This document shows positions 40,193 to 52,417 of a stretch of 64,000 nt of DNA, piece after piece. The DNA is from Macrostomum lignano (taxonomy: Eukaryota): the NCBI GenBank assembly GCA_002269645.1, contig NIVC01002373.1, positions 62,001 to 126,000 of the forward strand, written 5' to 3'. Both the position numbers and the translations under genes were made by a program. The first letter of the stretch is position 1; each line of letters starts with the position of its first letter. The notes beneath the pieces are model-generated. The model saw only the letters and a list, made by a program, of their open reading frames with translations. It searched no databases and was not told the origin of the DNA.

Positions 40193-42130
40193 TTAGAGCT
40201 CGTCCTTCAAATCCTTGCCTCCCTCAGTCGGGGCGGCCGCATCCTCAACATCGAAGATGATGCGCTCCGCATCCAGGATGTCGCTCATGTACAGCACATT
40301 CGGGTCGCCTGTCCGCGCATCGCCGGGAAGCTCGGGCCGGAACTGCCTGTTAAACTCCACCAGGAAGCGCAGGGTCTCCACGTAGCCCTGGCTGGTGGCA
40401 GCGTCCGTCATGCGACTGGAGCGGACGCTGCCCGACTTCGTCACCATCAGCACCGACATGCCGGGCACCGACGCTGTCAGCCCCGTCAGCCCGGCGGACT
40501 TAAGAGCGTCCGGCTGGTCGGCCTGCGGCAACAGGGCGAAGTTGAAGTTCCGGATGAGCTTCCGGGACAGCACTTTGTGCAGCAGGGTCGGCTTGTCGTC
40601 CTCTGCGAGGGGTTGAAGGTTGAAGCTATTGAAGAGCTAAGTGGAGAAGTTCCGGCTTTTGCCAGGAGGGAATCTTATTTGAGGCATGCTGAAGGACGGC
40701 CGGATGACCTCAATGCTGATCTCCCCGTCCGTAATACCCTCTCCCGTCGCCAATACCCCTTCTCCCGTCGCCAATACCCATTCTCCCGTCCGCAATACCC
40801 CTTCTCCCGTCCCCAATACCCCTTCTACCGTCCCCAATACCCCTTCTCCCGTCCCCAATACCCATTCTCCCGTCCCCAATACCCATTCTCCCGTCGCCAA
40901 TACCCCTTCTACCGTCCCCAATACCCCTTCTCCCGTCCGCAATACCCCTTCTCCCGTCCCCAATACCCATTCTCCCGTCCCCAATACTCCTTCTACCGTC
41001 CCCAATACCCATTCTCCCGTCGCCAATACCTCTTCTCCCGTCGCCAATACCTCTTCTCCCGTCCCCAATACCCCATTCTCCCGTCCCCAATATCCCTTCT
41101 ACCGTCCCCAATACCCCTTCTACCGTCCCCAATGCCCCTTCTACCGTCGCCAATACCCCTTCTCCCGTCCCGTCCCCTCTCCTGTCAGTCCAGTCCAGTC
41201 TCTCATGGGCTCAAGGGCCAGCACTCACTAACGGTGAACAGCACGGTGAATCTTGATGGCTTGGAGGCGATTGCCTCTGACAGCAGGGTCTTTGTGTCCT
41301 TCTCGGAATTCAGAACCGTCAGAAAGTCGTCCGGCACGGAGGCGGCCGCGTGCTCCAGCGCCGCTCTGAAGCCATCGGTGTCCAGAAATTTCTGTTGCTT
41401 CCGGGTCTCCCAGCCGAAGGGCAGCGACCGGAAAAAGTTACGGCTGGGGTCAAATTTCTGCAGATGGTATCGGGAAATTTATACGAATATTTTGCTTTTA
41501 CTAATACATTCCCTCCCTCAGGTACCAGCATGCTGAGCACCCCCCCTCAGGTACCAGCAAACTGAGCACCCCTCCCTCAGGTACCAGCATGCTGAGCACC
41601 CCTCCCTCAGGTACCAGCATGCTGAGCACCCCTCCCTCAGGTACCAGCATGCTGAGCACCCCTCCCTCAGGTACCAGCATGCTGAGCACCCCTCCCTCAG
41701 GTACCAGCATGCTGAGCACCCCTCCCTCAGGTACCAGCATGCTGAGCACCCCTCCCTCAGGTACCAGCATGCTGAGCACCCCTCCCTCAGGTACCAGCAT
41801 GCTGAGCACCCCTCCCTCAGGTACCAGCATGCTGAGCGCCTCCTTGTCTCCAACGTCGAGCATTCCGAACCGCACGAGTCCGCGCCACTCGCCCGCCAGC
41901 CGCTTGACCTCCGGGTCCAAGAAGCCGTCGTGCACGTAGAGAACCCAGGCCTGCTCGTCTTGCATTGCTGCGCTGCTGAGGTTGGCCGCCGAGAGGGGCA
42001 CAAAGTCCTGGTAGAGCCGATGCTCATTCAAGAAGACACTGCGCTTCAGGCTGCTCTGAGCTGCCGCAGAAGTCAGGAGCTGCAGCAGCAGCAGCGGCAG
42101 AAGCAGAGCGAGACTGAATTTATTCAGCAT
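40193..42130 (-). CDS. ER-luminal thioredoxin-like/PDI-related protein with signal peptide and C-terminal KDEL; exons 42130-41825, 41457-41229, 40602-40193, about 314 aa
   Basis: Signal peptide MLNKFSLALLLPLLLLQLLTSAAA. WVLYVH...LAGEWRGLVRFGMLDV and TVLFTVKDDKPTLLHKVLS resemble PDI a/b-type Trx segments. Phases 0 and 1 match across both introns. Ends GGKDLKDEL-stop. Confidence 0.85.
40730..41160. repeat. 21-bp minisatellite (cccttctcccgtccccaatac) in intron 2 of the KDEL gene
   Basis: Direct periodicity. Confidence 0.95.
41515..41838. repeat. 30-bp minisatellite (ggtaccagcatgctgagcacccctccctca) spanning the exon 1 donor of the KDEL gene
   Basis: About 10-11 nearly identical copies. Confidence 0.97.
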
Positions 42131-43789
42131 CGCCTCAGGCTTTCCACGCATTTCTGAGCAGGGGCCTCTCTATTGCACCGAGCCCCGTCTTGTCTTACTT
42201 AAGACCTCCAAATGCAGCGAGTGCTTATCTGCCCCCTCCCCGTGAACGGGGCGGCAGTGTGGCGGGTTTGGCAGGCAGGGCAACCCAAACAGGCAGATTG
42301 GCAGACAAATGAGCTGCGCTGCCTCAGTCGAGTGGCCACGTGGCTCGCGTGGGAATTCGCCACTTGCTTTCAGGCGAGTCATTTGACTCAAATTAGTTTG
42401 TTTGCAGCAGCGCCAAGCAGCTTCTATCGATCTCTCTTCCTCTCAATAGGATTTTTAACTCTGTCAGATATCGAGTAAATTAATTATCGCGCAACGCCTC
42501 CCAATCTTAATTAAAAAATTAAAGTTATATTTTAATTTGTAAATTTGTAGGCATTTTTTTCCGTTAGTAGCAGGAAACGTATTTTAAGTCGAAATCAACA
42601 GAACAATCAAAGAATTCCTTTAAAAAAATCAATCAGGTGCTAGGGCTGCACTGTTCCCATGCGCTCCTTCGGTCCAGCCTGTTGGTTCCCAACAAGCCGC
42701 GCATCACCCAGTCGGATCAGCTGCTCATCCACTCCGGCCATCAATCCCAGCTCAGGCGGGCAGCAGCGGCTCTCAGAGCAGGCCTGAGCGCTTCTCCGCC
42801 CCGGCCATCAATCTTGGCCGAGTGGCGGCCGCCTCAATCAGTTTTGGGGCGCCGCCCAGAGGCTGCGGAATTCCCGAGGCCCCGAGCAGCAGCGGGGAGC
42901 AACGGGCCGGCAGCCTCCCCCCTGCCCCGGTCCAGCCTGTACTTTTAATCCCCTGCTCGGCCCATCGCTGACCACCCTCCGGCTCAGAAAGCCTCGGCCA
43001 TGTTCGGCTGTAAATTAAACTGGAACAAAAAATGCGAGCCGAGCGCTCAGCTTTGCCGAATTTCATATCCTGGACTTTCTCCAGCGGTGCCACAGCTGAG
43101 AGTAGATGGGGTCTGTGCAGCCAAATTATCCAGTTTTCGTCCCACCGAAAATACAAGCAGAATATTTTTGAAAATAATCTTCGCCAGCTAATAAACATCT
43201 GAGTCGTTGTATTTAAAAATTAAACCATAAGTCGGATAGGAGAGTTCTGTACATCAGCAGGTTTCAGGCCGAGCTAAGGAGGGGGGGGTTTCGCGGGGCA
43301 GCCGGAACAGCTGGGGCAGCTGGTAAAATTTTGCACGTGGCGCGTGGACCATGGCATAGATATGGGAATAGAACTAGAAGGGATTAAGTTACTGTCAGGC
43401 TGTCCTGTCTTACCGATCTGTTCAGCTTGGGCTGCTCATTAGACACGGAGGACTTACTTTTCCTACCTATGATCGATAGCGCAGGGAGGTGAATCGATGT
43501 AATTGGATAGCACTGCACTGCACAGGGCCGCTTCATCCGCTTTCTCGAGTTGCTTTCCACTGAGGGGAGGGACGAGCTTCACGCACCGGCTCCTGTGAGC
43601 TCACGGTGCTGCACCCATGGCCAACTTCAGAGCTGAGAAATCAAATGAAAATTTAACTGATGAACGGATTGCCCTCAGAAGCTTAGCGCTTGGCAGTCCC
43701 AGTCGGAATTCGGGGCAGAACAGAATGTGAGCTAATATGGACAGTAGTCAGCATGCGAGGCAATGCAATCGCAGGTGCAATCGGGCCCG

Positions 43790-44515
43790 CTACATCAGGC
43801 CGCACTTCTTCCCCGCTGCACCTTCGGCAGCTTCCGCACCCGCCGCTCCTGATGCGCCTGCACTCGCGCCGGAGGTTCCCGCCTTGTCCGTCTTGTCCGT
43901 TTTGTCTGTCTTGTCTGCTTTCTCCGCCTTCTTGTCCGCCTTCTCCGCCTTCTTGTCCGCCTTGCCCTTCTTCTTCTTGTCTCCAACCAGCGCCATGTTG
44001 CGCTCCTTGTCCATCTGCAGCAGCTGGGCGAACAGCTCCGTGACGTTCACGTTCTCCTTTGCGGAAGTCTCGATGAAGCCGCAGCCCCACTTGTTGGCGA
44101 TGGCGGCCCCCGTCTCCTTGCCGACCTCCCTGGCCGCCTCGTCGCACTTGTTGGCTACGAGCATCATGGGGATCTTAGCGATATCCGGGCCCTTGATCTC
44201 CTTGATTTCGTTCACAATAGTGTTTAGCTCGACCAGGCTGGACCGCGATGTCACTGAGTACACCAGGATGAAGGCGTGGCCTTTGCTCATGCTGAGCCGC
44301 ATCATTGCTGGGAATTGGTGCGATCCAGTTGTGTCCGTGATCTGCAACGTGCACACCTGCTTGTCATTGGTGATGACCTGCCGATACGTGTCCTCAACGG
44401 TGGGCGTGTAGGCCTCTTTGAAGGTGCCCTTGATGAAGCGCTGCACCAGCGAGGACTTGCCGACGCCGGCGGAGCCGAAGACAGCCACTCGGTAGTCGTT
44501 GCTTTGCTCCGGCAT
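43790..44515 (-). CDS. DIRAS: Di-Ras family small GTPase, intronless CDS, 241 aa
   Basis: [48 protein letters not shown] (DIRAS-type DTTG), NKCD, ETSAK, C-terminal CAAX CGLM. Confidence 0.95.
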   Translation of the reverse strand: MPEQSNDYRVAVFGSAGVGKSSLVQRFIKGTFKEAYTPTVEDTYRQVITNDKQVCTLQITDTTGSHQFPAMMRLSMSKGHAFILVYSVTSRSSLVELNTIVNEIKEIKGPDIAKIPMMLVANKCDEAAREVGKETGAAIANKWGCGFIETSAKENVNVTELFAQLLQMDKERNMALVGDKKKKGKADKKAEKADKKAEKADKTDKTDKTDKAGTSGASAGASGAAGAEAAEGAAGKKCGLM

Positions 44516-44751
44516 GGGGGCGAAGTCTGCTGTTGTTGAACTGCGGGCGGTTGGGTTTACAGCGCTCGTAGTCAGTCCGCAGTTACGAGACCGCTAGGAT
44601 TGCGGATTGAAGATTGGATTGAGGATTGCGTGCGTGCTCGTGGTTAACAATTTGCAGTTTGCTCTGCCGCAAATCAACGCCCAAGCCCGTCACGCAGCCA
44701 GCGAGGAGACCAGCTGATATGGCCCCTGAGTTCCCCTCACATGCACTGCAA

Positions 44752-45148
44752 GTCCTCTGCAGGTACTTCAGTTAATCCCATAGTCCTATGCAAGTACTTC
44801 AGTTACTCCCATAGTCCTATGCAAGTACTTCAGTTACTCCCATAGTCCTATGCAAGTACTTCAGTTACTCCCATAGTCCTATGCAAGTACTTCAGTTACT
44901 CCCATAGTCCTCTGCAGGTACTTCAGTTAATCCCATAGTCCTCTGCAGGTACTTCAGTTAATCCCATAGTCCTCTGCAGGTACTTCAGTTACACCCATAG
45001 TCCTATGCAAGTACTTCAGTTACTCCCATAGTCCTCTGCAGGTACTTCAGTTAATCCCATAGTCCTCTGCAGGTACTTCAGTTAATCCCATAGTCCTCTG
45101 CAGGTACTTCAGTTACACCCATAGTCCTATGCAAGTACTTCAGTTAAA
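44752..45148. repeat. 31-bp minisatellite (gcaagtacttcagttactcccatagtcctat) upstream of DIRAS
   Basis: Direct periodicity, about 13 copies. Confidence 0.95.
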
Positions 45149-46877
45149 CGCAGTCATTCGATTCAAAAATGAAAGAGCAATAAAGCTCGACGCCGGGTCT
45201 CCAGGACTGAAAGCTTTCGGGATTCCAGCACTTATCCGAGAACTCCGAGGAACCCCCCCCCGACCGCCTGTTTCAGGCGCTCTAGCCGTGGCCTACGTCA
45301 CGCACCGAGCTACTCAGGGGATGAGCCGTGGGCAGAAAGTGCAAGCTTGTGAGCGGCCAGGCTACTCAGGCACCGGCAGGCCGGACCAACTGCCCAGTGA
45401 AGGGTGGGGGAGAAAACGGAAGGAGAAGCTGATGGAAGCAGAGCTGAGTCCGATAGCAAATAATTGATGAGCCCAGGTGCCCGTCCTGCTGGACTGCAAG
45501 TCTATCTTGACCAGCTCAGGTACTGTTGGCGGAAAATCATTCCCAATTCCCATCTCCCTAAGTAAATCCCCTATCAGCTGCCTCCGTGAGCTTCCCACTG
45601 CTCTGCATCAAACTGGCAGCGTCAAGCAGAATTCCTCCAGCTCAATTATTTTTGTTAGAATTTTTTATCAGCGGTTGCCAAAGTTCCTCGCAATAAAACT
45701 GATGAAGTTGCGGTTGGCAGGTAGGATAATTGACCTGGGCAGCTGGAAGGTCGCTCCGATCCACACTCGAATGGGAGATTGCTGGAGTGCTCAGGATTAG
45801 TCCAGATTGGGATTTGCTCCGCCGCTTCTGCCATCGAGAACTCACTTCCCCACCGAGAGGATTATCGGCTGGCCGCAGGGATTAGCAGATAGAGATTAAA
45901 TTGCTGCGATCTCCCGTTTCCATCCCATTCCAGTCCGACTTTTAGCCAGTGCACTTTCCTGCCACATGACATCTGGCCTGTCAGCTGGGTGAGGAGCCCA
46001 GACTCCCCTGCTGTCTGGTGCCGCACCCGCACTCTCCATCTCCCATTAAAACACTGCGGGGGGCACTTACTCCCCTCTCCCCCGCACTTCCCCTCCCCCT
46101 GTTTCCCCATCCGGCTTCGCTGGCGGCTCCGAATTGGAAATTTCCCAGGAGCTCTCGAAGGTCGGCCGGGCCTGAAGGCGAGCGGTTCCTGCCTGGCCGA
46201 TGGGGCGGGGGGGGGGGGCAGCGGCAGCCACCCCCTGGGATCGCTGAGGTCGGCCTGGTAGCCGGGATTGTCCTGACATGACGCGCCTCTGCCCCTTCCT
46301 CTCCCTGTGCTCAGCCTTCCTGCCCCAGCAGCGGGGACAGCCGCTGGGATCCCCTGCACCACTGAGAGGCGCCCAGCCGCCCCCGCGTTAAATACATTCT
46401 TTCTTCCAGCTCCGCGCTACCAGGAGGCTGGTAGGAATGATGGGGCTGAATCGATGCCGCTGAATCGATCCAATAGATCTAGATAAGCAGGGGAAACTTG
46501 GTTAAAAAAAGAGAGAGACGCAATGAAGGAGGAAAATGATTAGCAGTGCTTGAGAAAAGACGGGGTTTCGGTGACTATGGTCAAGATTCACTACTGCTCC
46601 AGTTGCTGGCTAAAATTAGGAGTGCAAAAGAACTCGTGACAGCAATTTTTCCAGCCACTGCTAAACTCTGACGCTCTCTTTGCTAAAGTGCATCCTGAAC
46701 TGCCGTCCGTATTGATTATTGCAGCCAGCCAGACCGGTAGCTGAAAGTGTGAGGAGTTTCAATCCGGGAGCGGAAGGCTGAGCTGCCTTTTCAGTGGGCC
46801 TGAGAGCTTGGGAGCTGGCGGGGAGCCCGCGTTTCCATGGGCCGGCAGGGAGGCTAAGAAAACTGCCGGCGTGCGAT

Positions 46878-47056
46878 GCGATAACTGAGGTTGGGGAGGC
46901 ACTGGAGCACTTGCAGGAGTTAGCAATGACTATGCGATAACTTAGGTTGGGGAGGCACTGGAGCACTTGCAGGAGTTAACAATGACTATGCGATAACTGA
47001 GGTTGGGGAGGCACTGGAGCACTTGCAGGAGTTAACAATGACTATGCGATAACTGA
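46878..47056. repeat. 56-bp tandem repeat, about 3.2 copies
   Basis: gcgataact recurs at 46878, 46934, 46990 and 47046. Confidence 0.9.
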
Positions 47057-47607
47057 TAGGGAGGGGTAGACAAGTAGCTAAGGAAGGAGTTGCAGAAAGT
47101 GAACGATTCACAGTTCTGTATTGTGCGAAATGCCTTAACGGAATTCGAGTGGGCAAAGTTCGAAAAGTAGATCACCGCAATCTCATTTCCATCCAGCCGT
47201 GGGGAATCTCCATGCAGTCTCCACTCAGAATCCCCCGAACTTGATGGTGCTGTGGAGGCGGGGCTCCTGGGGAACTCAAAGCGCATTTCAGGCTTGATTG
47301 GCGCTGGGGCAGACAGGGGGAGATGAAGCTCGGAGGCCGGTGGGAGGGCAGTTAATGGGCCTAAAAGCAATTCGACTGCCCTCGCCCGCCTCCGTTTCCC
47401 ATTATCTGCGGGCCTTTGATTTATCTGTGAGCGCAGCTTTTTCGGCCTTTGGACGCATTTTAAGCGGGCTTCGGTGCTTTTGACTGTTGGACAGCTCGGG
47501 CAACCCTCGAATCGATTTTGCACTGAGGGACGAAATGAATTATTCATCTCAGCTTTGCTGCCGATGGGACCGACGGAGACGCCAGCTGGGACAGCGGGCG
47601 AGTGCAA

Positions 47608-48790
47608 AGGCGATTCAGTCATAGCCTGCTGGCCTGAGAGAGTGAGAGCCAAGGCGATTCAGTCATAGCCTGCTGGCCTGAGAGAGTGAGGGCCAATGCG
47701 ATTCAGTCATAGCCTGCTGGCCTGAGAGAGTGAGGGCCAATGCGATTCAGTCATAGCCTGCTGGCCTGAGAGAGTGAGGGCCAATGCGATTCAGTCATAG
47801 CCTGCTGGCCTGAGAGAGTGAGGGCCAATGCGATTCAGTCATAGCCTGCTGGCCTGAGAGAGTGAGGGCCAATGCGATTCAGTCATAGCCTGCTGGCCTG
47901 AGAGAGTGAGGGCCAATGCGATTCAGTCATAGCCTGCTGGCCTGAGAGAGTGAGGGCCAATGCGATTCAGTCATAGCCTGCTGGCCTGAGAGAGTGAGGG
48001 CCAATGCGATTCAGTCATAGCCTGCTGGCCTGAGAGAGTGAGGGCCAATGCGTCACTCGCCTCCCACAGGCTAGGGAGAGTGAGGGGCCAATGCGTCACT
48101 CGCTTCCCACAGGCTAGGGTGAGTGAGGGACCAATGCGTCACTCGCCTCCCACAGGCTAGGGAGAGTGAGGGGCCAATGCGTCACTAGCCTCCCACAGGC
48201 TAGGGAGAGTGAGGGACCAATGCGTCACTCGCCTCCCACAGGCTAGGGAGAGTGAGGGGCCAATGCAGGGGGGCCGTAGCCCAGCGGTAGCGCAGCTGCT
48301 CTGGTGTGCCGTGACCCAGGCTCGATTCCAAGTGCAGCCACATTAATTTGGGGCTGAATTGGAATTTCGGCTTGGCTCGCTTGTGCAATTAACGGCCTTG
48401 AGAGCCAACCCCCCAAGGCGCAGTGAAGTGTACATGCCTAACGATAATATAAAGTTAGGGCCGCTGTACACTCCTGTGTGAGTGTGTGCCTGCGTAACGT
48501 ATCCGCGCGCTTGTATGCCTGCTCAGGGGAGTCGGCGGAATGGGCAGTAATGCCTCTCGCCGGTTGTGTGCCAATGACGCTTAAATTGCGCCAGGGTGCA
48601 CACAACCCCCTGCCTCTAATAAAAAAGAGGGGCCAATGCGTCACTCGCCTCCCACAGGCTAGGGAGAGTGAGGGGCCAATGCGTCACTCGCTTCCCACAG
48701 GCTAGGGTGAGTGAGGGACCAATGCGTCACTCGCCTCCCACAGGCTAGGGAGAGTGAGGGGCCAATGCGTCACTCGCTTTCCACAGGCTA
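47608..48790. repeat. 44-bp array (47608-48052) followed by a related 43-44-bp family (48043-48265 and 48630-48790)
   Basis: Direct periodicity; both families share agagtgagggccaatgcg. Confidence 0.92.
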
Positions 48791-50621
48791 GCACCAACAA
48801 ATCTTGAGTCGTAGAGACTCCACTCTAAGCATTGCAGATACGGGGAAAACTTACATTGAAGGCCGAGTTGCAGCTGCTGAAGGAGTCTCCTGTTGCGCCA
48901 AAGTCCGCCAAAGGCCAGCAGCAGCTGTGGACTTGTTTCGTACAAGCCAACCAAGCCCTAGAGCGGTCGCAAAACCAACGCCGCTCCCAGCACGGGGCTT
49001 TATGCAGGCCTCCCCTTCTTCCCACTCTGCCTCCCTCTGCCCCGATCCCAACTCCCATCTCGCGTCTCTCTTGCGTCTGCCAACACCAGCTGCCCCTCAC
49101 GGAGCTAAAGTTTGCAGCCTGCCGCCATTGGCTGCTGACCGGGGGGGGGGGGGGCTGGCTTGCTCTGCCTGAGAGCTTGCTTGACATGAACTTTGATCTA
49201 GACAGCTGGGATGCAGCTCCAAGCTGTGAGACTGGGGTGGTCTCTAGACAGCTGGGATGCAGCTCCAAGCTGTGAGCTGAGGCTTGACAACTAATTTTTC
49301 AGATTCTTCCTCACTGACACCCTCCTCTCCCCTCTCCTCCCACGTCTCCCCTCTACTCTCTCATTTATCCTGTCCAGCATTCCCTTCACTCTCTTCCCCA
49401 CCTCTCCACCCATCTCCTTCCCCATCTCTTCGCGGAGGCACTACACCGAAGGCTATTTAATTGCCTGAAAAAGGTTTCTCAAATCGAAAAAGCCTCGTAT
49501 TCGAGGCCCGCACTAATTTGCGATCTCAGAATTCCACACCTGATCCCCTGCCCCTGCTCTCTCTGTCACCTGATAATTGATAAACATCTCACTCCATTCG
49601 CCATCTCTGCCACTCGCGTGCTCATGCTGCCAGCAGTTTTTGTGGAATAACAGAGGCAGTCGTGGCTCAATTATGACTGGCGCTATTATGACTGGCGCTA
49701 TTATGACTGGCGCATCCGGGACTGCCGGAAATGGCGCGGGCAGCGCAGCCCCCTTTCTCGCCTCCGCACACGCAGTTGATTTTCCGCGAGGACCCTCAGC
49801 CCCACCGCGGGAATATCCTGGCTGAGCTCGCAGGCCGCGGGAATTCTCAGGGCCTCGGAGTCCATAAAGTGCAAACCGTCGCCGCGGGAGCCAAAAAGGC
49901 GATGCTCTCGGCACTGCCTGCGCGGGCGGGGAGAGAGCGGAGAGTCTCAAGAAGGCCCCGAGCTTCAATTAGCATACTGGGCTGCTGGGCGCTGCATCGG
50001 ATATGCGAGCCCACGAGCTGAGGAGGCGGCGGCTGCTGATTCAATTTCTTGGAAACGAATTTCGGAAAGAATTCTGGGGCTCTATCTTAGGTCACGGATG
50101 GCTCGGGTGCATGCTTGGGAGCTCATCCCCATGCGAATTCTCCCAGTATCTGCCTGGCAGCGCTGCAGCCCCAGCCACTGCCAGGCTCAGATTCTGCCAA
50201 CACGGGTTTTCTTGGCTTTCATAAATTTTGCATCTCCTGCGTTCCCCTCGGCTCTCCCATCTGAACGCTTCCTTAAACTCAGTGATTTGATTGCAGCAGG
50301 AAACGGAGCTGGAGTTTCCTGGCCTGGCAACTGCTTGCTGCAATCGCGCTCGCAAAACAAGAAATACCTGCAAGTTTTATGTCAGGATTTTAATAATAAA
50401 CCAAGCACGAAAATTATGCATTGAGGATTCTCGGGGGTGATGAATTAGGACAGAGGATTATCAAAATTGAGGATTACTGATAAGGGTTATGAGTTTAGAA
50501 CTATTTATTTAACGGATTAGAATAAGGAGGACAATGACTAAAGATTAAAGCTTTGAATTGATTTGAAATTATGAATCGGGATTATGAAATCTGACTTTGG
50601 AGCATTAAAATAGGAGTTTTG

Positions 50622-51580
50622 GAGAACAGCTTCACCAATCACAGCTTCACCGATCACAGCTTCACCGATCACAGCTTCACCGATCACAGCTTCGCTGATC
50701 ACAGCTTCGCTGATCACAGCTTCACCAATCACAGCTTCACCGATCACAGCTTCACCGATCACAGCTTCACTGATCACAGCTTCACTGATCACAGCTTCAC
50801 CAATCACAGCTTCACCGATCACAGCTTCACCGATCACAGCTTCACCAATCACAGCTTCACCGATCACAGCTTCACCAATCACAGCTTCACTAATCACAGC
50901 TTCACCGATCACAGCTTCACTGATCACAGCTTCACCGATCACAGCTTCACTGATCACAGCTTCACCGATCACAGCTTCACCGATCACAGCTTCACCGATC
51001 ACAGCTTCACCAATCACAGCTTCACTAATCACAGCTTCACCGATCACAGCTTCACTGATCACAGCTTCACTGATCACAGCTTCACTGATCACAGCTTCAC
51101 CGATCACAGCTTCACCAATCACAGCTTCACCAATCACAGCTTCACCAATCACAGCTTCACTGATCACAGCTTCACCGATCACAGCTTCACCGATCACAGC
51201 TTCACTGATCACAGCTTCACCGATCACAGCTTCACCAATCACAGCTTCACCGATCACAGCTTCACCGATCACAGCTTCACCGATCACAGCTTCACCAATC
51301 ACAGCTTCACCGATCACAGCTTCACCGATCACAGCTTCACCGATCACAGCTTCACTGATCACAGCTTCACCAATCACAGCTTCACCGATCACAGCTTCAC
51401 CGATCACAGCTTCACCAATAACAGCTTCACCGATCACAGCTTCACTGATCACAGCTTCACCGATCACAGCTTCACCGATCACAGCTTCACCAATCACAGC
51501 TTCACCAATCACAGCTTCACTGATCACAGCTTCACCGATCACAGCTTCACCGATCACAGCTTCACCGATCACAGCTTCAC
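50622..51580. repeat. 15-bp minisatellite (atcacagcttcaccg), about 64 copies
   Basis: Direct periodicity; source of the EAVIG / DHSFT ORF artefacts. Confidence 0.97.
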
Positions 51581-52025
51581 AAAGCAAAAATCGCATCTCC
51601 AAGTCGCAGTGCTGCTCAGCCTGATGCCCAACTCGTCAAATCCTGCTCCAGCTAAAGTGCAAAGCCGTGCAGAAATACGCGGCCCAATCTCCAGGTGAGC
51701 GCAGCTCAAATATGCGCGGCAGCCGGGTTTGCTCAATCCGATAGCGGCTCTGTTTGCTCAGACCGAGAGCGCGCGAGCTCGATGTCTCAGTCTGAGCCGT
51801 CCCTGTCAACAGGCACCCTGGATGGTCCGAAATCTCTGCTTGGGGAAGATGATGGACGAGATGCGCGAGTTTCTTGGGCCGGTCGCAAGCGCTAAGCTTC
51901 TGTGTGGACCCGACAGCTGACAAGTCCCAGCTCTTGATGTCAAGGCGTATTTTTAAAATAATGCACCTAATCCGCTGTCCAGATGACAGGGCTCAGCAAT
52001 GTTTTTTTCTAAGCTGGTGCATGTG

Positions 52026-52417
52026 TTTTGGGTGCATTTTTGTTACTTAAAGTCACTGAGCTCATCATGTTCAGCCATCCAGGAAATCTCTCACAAAGCT
52101 TAAAGTCACTGAGCTCATCATGTTCAGCCATCCAGGAAATCTCTCACAAAGCTTAAAGTCACTGAGCTCATCATGTTCAGCCATCCAGGAAATCTCTCAC
52201 AAAGCTTAAAGTCACTGAGCTCATCATGTTCAGCCATCCAGGAAATCTCTCACAAAGCTTAAAGTCACTGAGCTCATCATGTTCAGCCATCCAGGAAATC
52301 TCTCACAAAGCTTAAAGTCACTGAGCTCATCATGTTCAGCCATCCAGGAAATCTCTCACAAAGCTTAAAGTCACTGAGCTCATCATGTTCAGCCATCCAG
52401 GAAATCTCTCACAAAGC
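52026..52417. repeat. 53-bp tandem repeat, about 7.4 identical copies
   Basis: Direct periodicity. Confidence 0.95.

Noticed and set aside
40157-41536. 459-aa plus-strand ORF
   Set aside because: Antisense shadow of GC-rich KDEL-gene exons plus a 21-bp repeat.
45129-50424. Numerous 60-200 aa ORFs
   Set aside because: Overlap on both strands in GC-rich DNA, show no recognisable motif, and I could not build a phase-consistent exon chain. A gene here cannot be excluded.
50538-51698. EAVIG pentapeptide-repeat protein
   Set aside because: A 15-bp minisatellite open on both strands, with no credible start or unique flanking domain.
51650-51923. SH3-like start LKCKAVQKYAAQSP before a GTGAGC donor
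   Set aside because: No downstream exon continues the SH3 pattern (ELS..GD) in the required phase.
860-52417. CRISPR-like appearance of the regular repeats
   Set aside because: Units are head-to-tail with no unique spacers, there are no cas genes, and the context is spliced eukaryotic DNA.
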